From: a bacterium
GTDB taxonomy: Bacteria; UBA8248; JACPRG01; G963555815
Direction of reading: 5' to 3'
Assembly (NCBI GenBank): GCA_963555815.3
Contig: CAUVWX020000001.1
Location: 1,355,665 to 1,419,664 of the forward strand
DNA: 64,000 nucleotides
Within the stretch, counting starts at the first letter, position 1. Each line of letters starts with the position of its first letter. The notes below the pieces were generated by a model. The model did no database searches. It saw nothing but the letters and a program-made list of their open reading frames with translations, and had not been told where the DNA came from. Positions 61,032 to 64,000 of this stretch are shown piece by piece. The position numbers and the translations under genes are program-made.

Positions 61032-62779
61032 GCATCGGAAATCACCACGGGCGAGGAGTCTGGCCACGGTGCGCTGCGCCATCTACACCCGCAAATCCTC
61101 CGAAGAAGGCCTGGAACAAGACTTCAACTCGCTGCAGGCGCAGCGGGAGGCCTGCGAGGCCTATATCGCGAGCCAGAAGCACGAGGGCTGGATCGTGCTG
61201 CCCACCTTTTACGACGATGGCGGTGTCTCCGGCGCCACCCTGCAGCGGCCGGCGTTGCAGCGTTTGCTCGGCGATGTCAAGGTCGGGCGGATCGACACGA
61301 TCGTCGTCTACAAGGTCGACCGGCTGACCCGGACGCTGTCGGATTTTGCCCGGCTTGTGGAGATTTTCGATCGAAAGGACGTCTCCTTCGTCTCCGTCAC
61401 CCAGCAGTTCAACACCACCACCTCGATGGGGCGTCTGACCTTGAACGTCCTGCTCTCCTTCGCCCAGTTCGAGCGCGAGGTCACGGGCGAACGCATCCGC
61501 GACAAGATCGCCGCCTCGAAGAAGAAGGGGATGTGGATGGGCGGCAACCCGCCCTTGGGCTACGATGTGAAGGACAAAAAGCTCATCGTCAACAAGGCCG
61601 AGGCCGAAACGGTCCGGTCTATCTTCCGCCAGTACCGGGAAATCGAATCCGTGCGTGAACTGCGCGACCGGCTCGCCGCCGAAGGCGTCACCAGCAAGCG
61701 GCGAGTGAGGCGCGACGGCAGTATTGTCGGCGGCAAACCCATCAACCGGGGGGCGCTTTATCACCTGCTCCACAATCGCCTCTACCGGGGCGAGATGGTC
61801 CACAAGGACAAGGCCTATCCCGGCCAGCATGAGGCCATTGTCGATGAAGCGCTGTGGGATGAGGTTCAAGCCACCCTGGCCGCCAACACGAACGGCGAGC
61901 GCCGAGAAGGGACCCGGCAACCGAGCCTGCTGACGGGGCTTGTCGTTGACGAGCAGGGCGAGGGCCTCTCACCCAGCCATGCCGTCAAGAAGGGACGGCG
62001 CTATCGCTACTACGTCTCCCGCCATCTCATCCTGGAGGGCAAGCGAGCCGGCCGCAAGGGGTGGCGCCTCCCGGCGGCGGATCTCGAAGGCCTCGTTACT
62101 GTCCGTCTCAGGGACTGGCTCGCTGATGCGGCCGCGATCAGCGCTGTCATCGATGGAGACCCTCAAGAGGCCTCGGCTCATGCCCGCTTGATCACCCAGG
62201 CGCAATCGCTCGCGGACCGGTGGCCTGAGCTGAAACCGCACCAGGCCAAGGCCTATCTCAATGCGCTTCTCCGGCGGGTGATCGTCGAGTCCGCCCGCAT
62301 CGTGATCGAGATCGACGGCGAGCGGGCCCTGGCCACCCTCCTGGCAGGACCGGACGTCGTCTCAATAAAAAGATCGAGGCAGGACGCTCAGCCAGCCAAA
62401 CATCCGATCATCCTGGATATTCCAATCGCCCTTAAGCGCGCTGGCACGGGCATGAAACTAGTCGTCCCCGGCGCCCGCAACAATGCCAAGTGCGCCCCGG
62501 GCCTGCTCCGGCTGCTGCTGCGCGCCTTCGCCATCCAGGATCGATTGGAGCAAAACCCCGAGCTCACCCTGCAGCGGATCGCCGAGGCCGAAGGCGTCTC
62601 ACCTTCCTATGCCACCCGGTTGCACTGCGTCTTGAGCTACCTTGCCCCGGACATCGTCACTGCCATCGTCGACGGGCAGCAACCGCCCGAGCTGACCGCC
62701 GAAAAGCTCATGAAGAAACACCCGCCTGCCGTTCAGGTGGGAAGCCCAGCGAAAGCGGCTTGGGTTCAAGCACGCTTGA
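61024..62779 (+). CDS. large serine recombinase (copy 2), with indels near 62625 and 62715
   Basis: Near-identical to the left LSR. The homologous C-terminus AQRKRLGFKHA* ends at TGA 62779 in a shifted frame. Confidence 0.92.
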
Positions 62780-63041
62780 CCTCTGATCCATCCCAAGCCG
62801 CGGCCGGTTCTGTCGCTGGGCACAGATCAGAGAGAGCCGTGTCAACCGATGACGCCCTCGAAACCCGTACCACTAAAAAGGGCTTGAGAGACGGGCGTGT
62901 GAAAACGGTACGCCAACGCCACGCAGAAGCGTCTCTGCCAACCGAAGCCCCTCACCAGAGCATCGGCAAGCGCCCGGGATTTGGGCGGAAAACGGGGACG
63001 AGATCCACAAAAAACGTAGCAATATCAGAGATATAAGGGCG

Positions 63042-63131
<90 letters not shown>

Positions 63132-63408
63132 GAAACCTGCCCAATAGCATAGCATTTCCTCCATGCCCAGATGTTGTATTTTCCAGCCGCCCCGCCCGAC
63201 ACCAGGGGGAAACATCATTCTATGAGGAAGGCACCGACGGGGTAGATGGGAGAATAGAGGTAGGGATGCCCGCCCGACTCAGGATAGTGAGATTTCCTTG
63301 TCGAATGGGGACAGCTCGACTGGAGGCGTTAGCGGGCTAAACTTGAGTATTGAGCAGTACCAGAACAGCTGCAGCCAGGGTTATGATAAGTTCAAAATGG
63401 AGGTATCA

Positions 63409-64000
63409 ATGACAGACAGCATTCGAGTGGCTGCTGGCAGTATTCGAGATGCCACCGACGAAGTCCTCACGTTCGTGGCCCAGATGGGCTGTAGCGGAGT
63501 TATCCTGAATACACCGGCACTCACTGGACAAACTCCCTTCGGCTCCAGCCCGGTCGGTGCTACCTACTGGCACGATCCAACAGCAGAGAGCGCACCAGCG
63601 CGTTGGACTTCCTGGAACTACTCCAGCTCCGGACCCGGATCGAGTCGTATGGCTTGCGTCTCGAGGCTATTGAAAATGTTCCCCTCCACTTCTACCAGAA
63701 GTGCATTCTGGGGTTACCCGGAAGAGATGAACAGATCGAGAACTACCAGGAAACGATCCGGAACCTGGGACGGGCTGGGATCCCCATCCTGGGGTATCAC
63801 TGGATGGCCAACAGCGTCTGGCGTACGGCCAAGCATGAGCCGACGAGAGGCGGAGCCAGGACCACAGTCTATGACCACGCCCTGGTCGAGGACTCCCCAA
63901 TGAGCTTTGGACGGGAGTACACCGAAGAGGAACTGTGGGCGAACTACGAGTACTTCATTCAATCAGTCCTCCCGGTCGCCCAGGAGTCCGGAGTCACCCT
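63409..64000 (+). CDS. uxuA: mannonate dehydratase family protein, partial, frameshifted near 63606
   Basis: After the shift: GLRLEAIENVP..LGLPGRDEQIENYQETIRNLGRAGIPILGYHWM..EELWANYEYFI..VLPVA. Confidence 0.8.

Noticed and set aside
62780..63036. C-terminal extension of the right LSR to 670 aa
   Set aside because: This is read-through caused by indels. The homologous stop is at 62779 and the region matches the non-coding spacer of the left copy.

Overview
Bacterial chromosomal window, GC-rich. The left 37.5 kb is mostly housekeeping and metabolic: a pentose-phosphate/hexose-phosphate operon (tkt, rpiB, tal-pgi, gnd, zwf, glk, fbp, fba, pgl), an ABC substrate-binding protein, a large secreted PEGA/PASTA/repeat/Kelch protein, LsrF-like aldolase with a Zn dehydrogenase, an aryl-CoA ligase with CoA-transferases, a polyprenyl synthase, maf, tRNA-Arg(ACG) abutting tadA, and an amidase-nitrilase-Mo-enzyme-Rieske cassette. 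From 37.7 to 63.0 kb is a 25 kb mirror-symmetric island bounded by two convergent tRNA-Ser genes (CGA and GGA). Each tRNA 3' end abuts a near-identical copy of one element type: large serine recombinase, DUF2924, DUF5681 and ParB-methyltransferase, with a terminase large subunit in the right copy only and no capsid genes seen. Between the copies lie an IS903-like-flanked type III-like restriction-modification locus with a RelE-UvrD fusion, several IS remnants, and an XRE/ImmA pair bracketed by two copies of a palindromic operator-like sequence. Many single-base frameshifts suggest consensus errors and/or decay. All annotations come from motif recognition by eye, without database searches.
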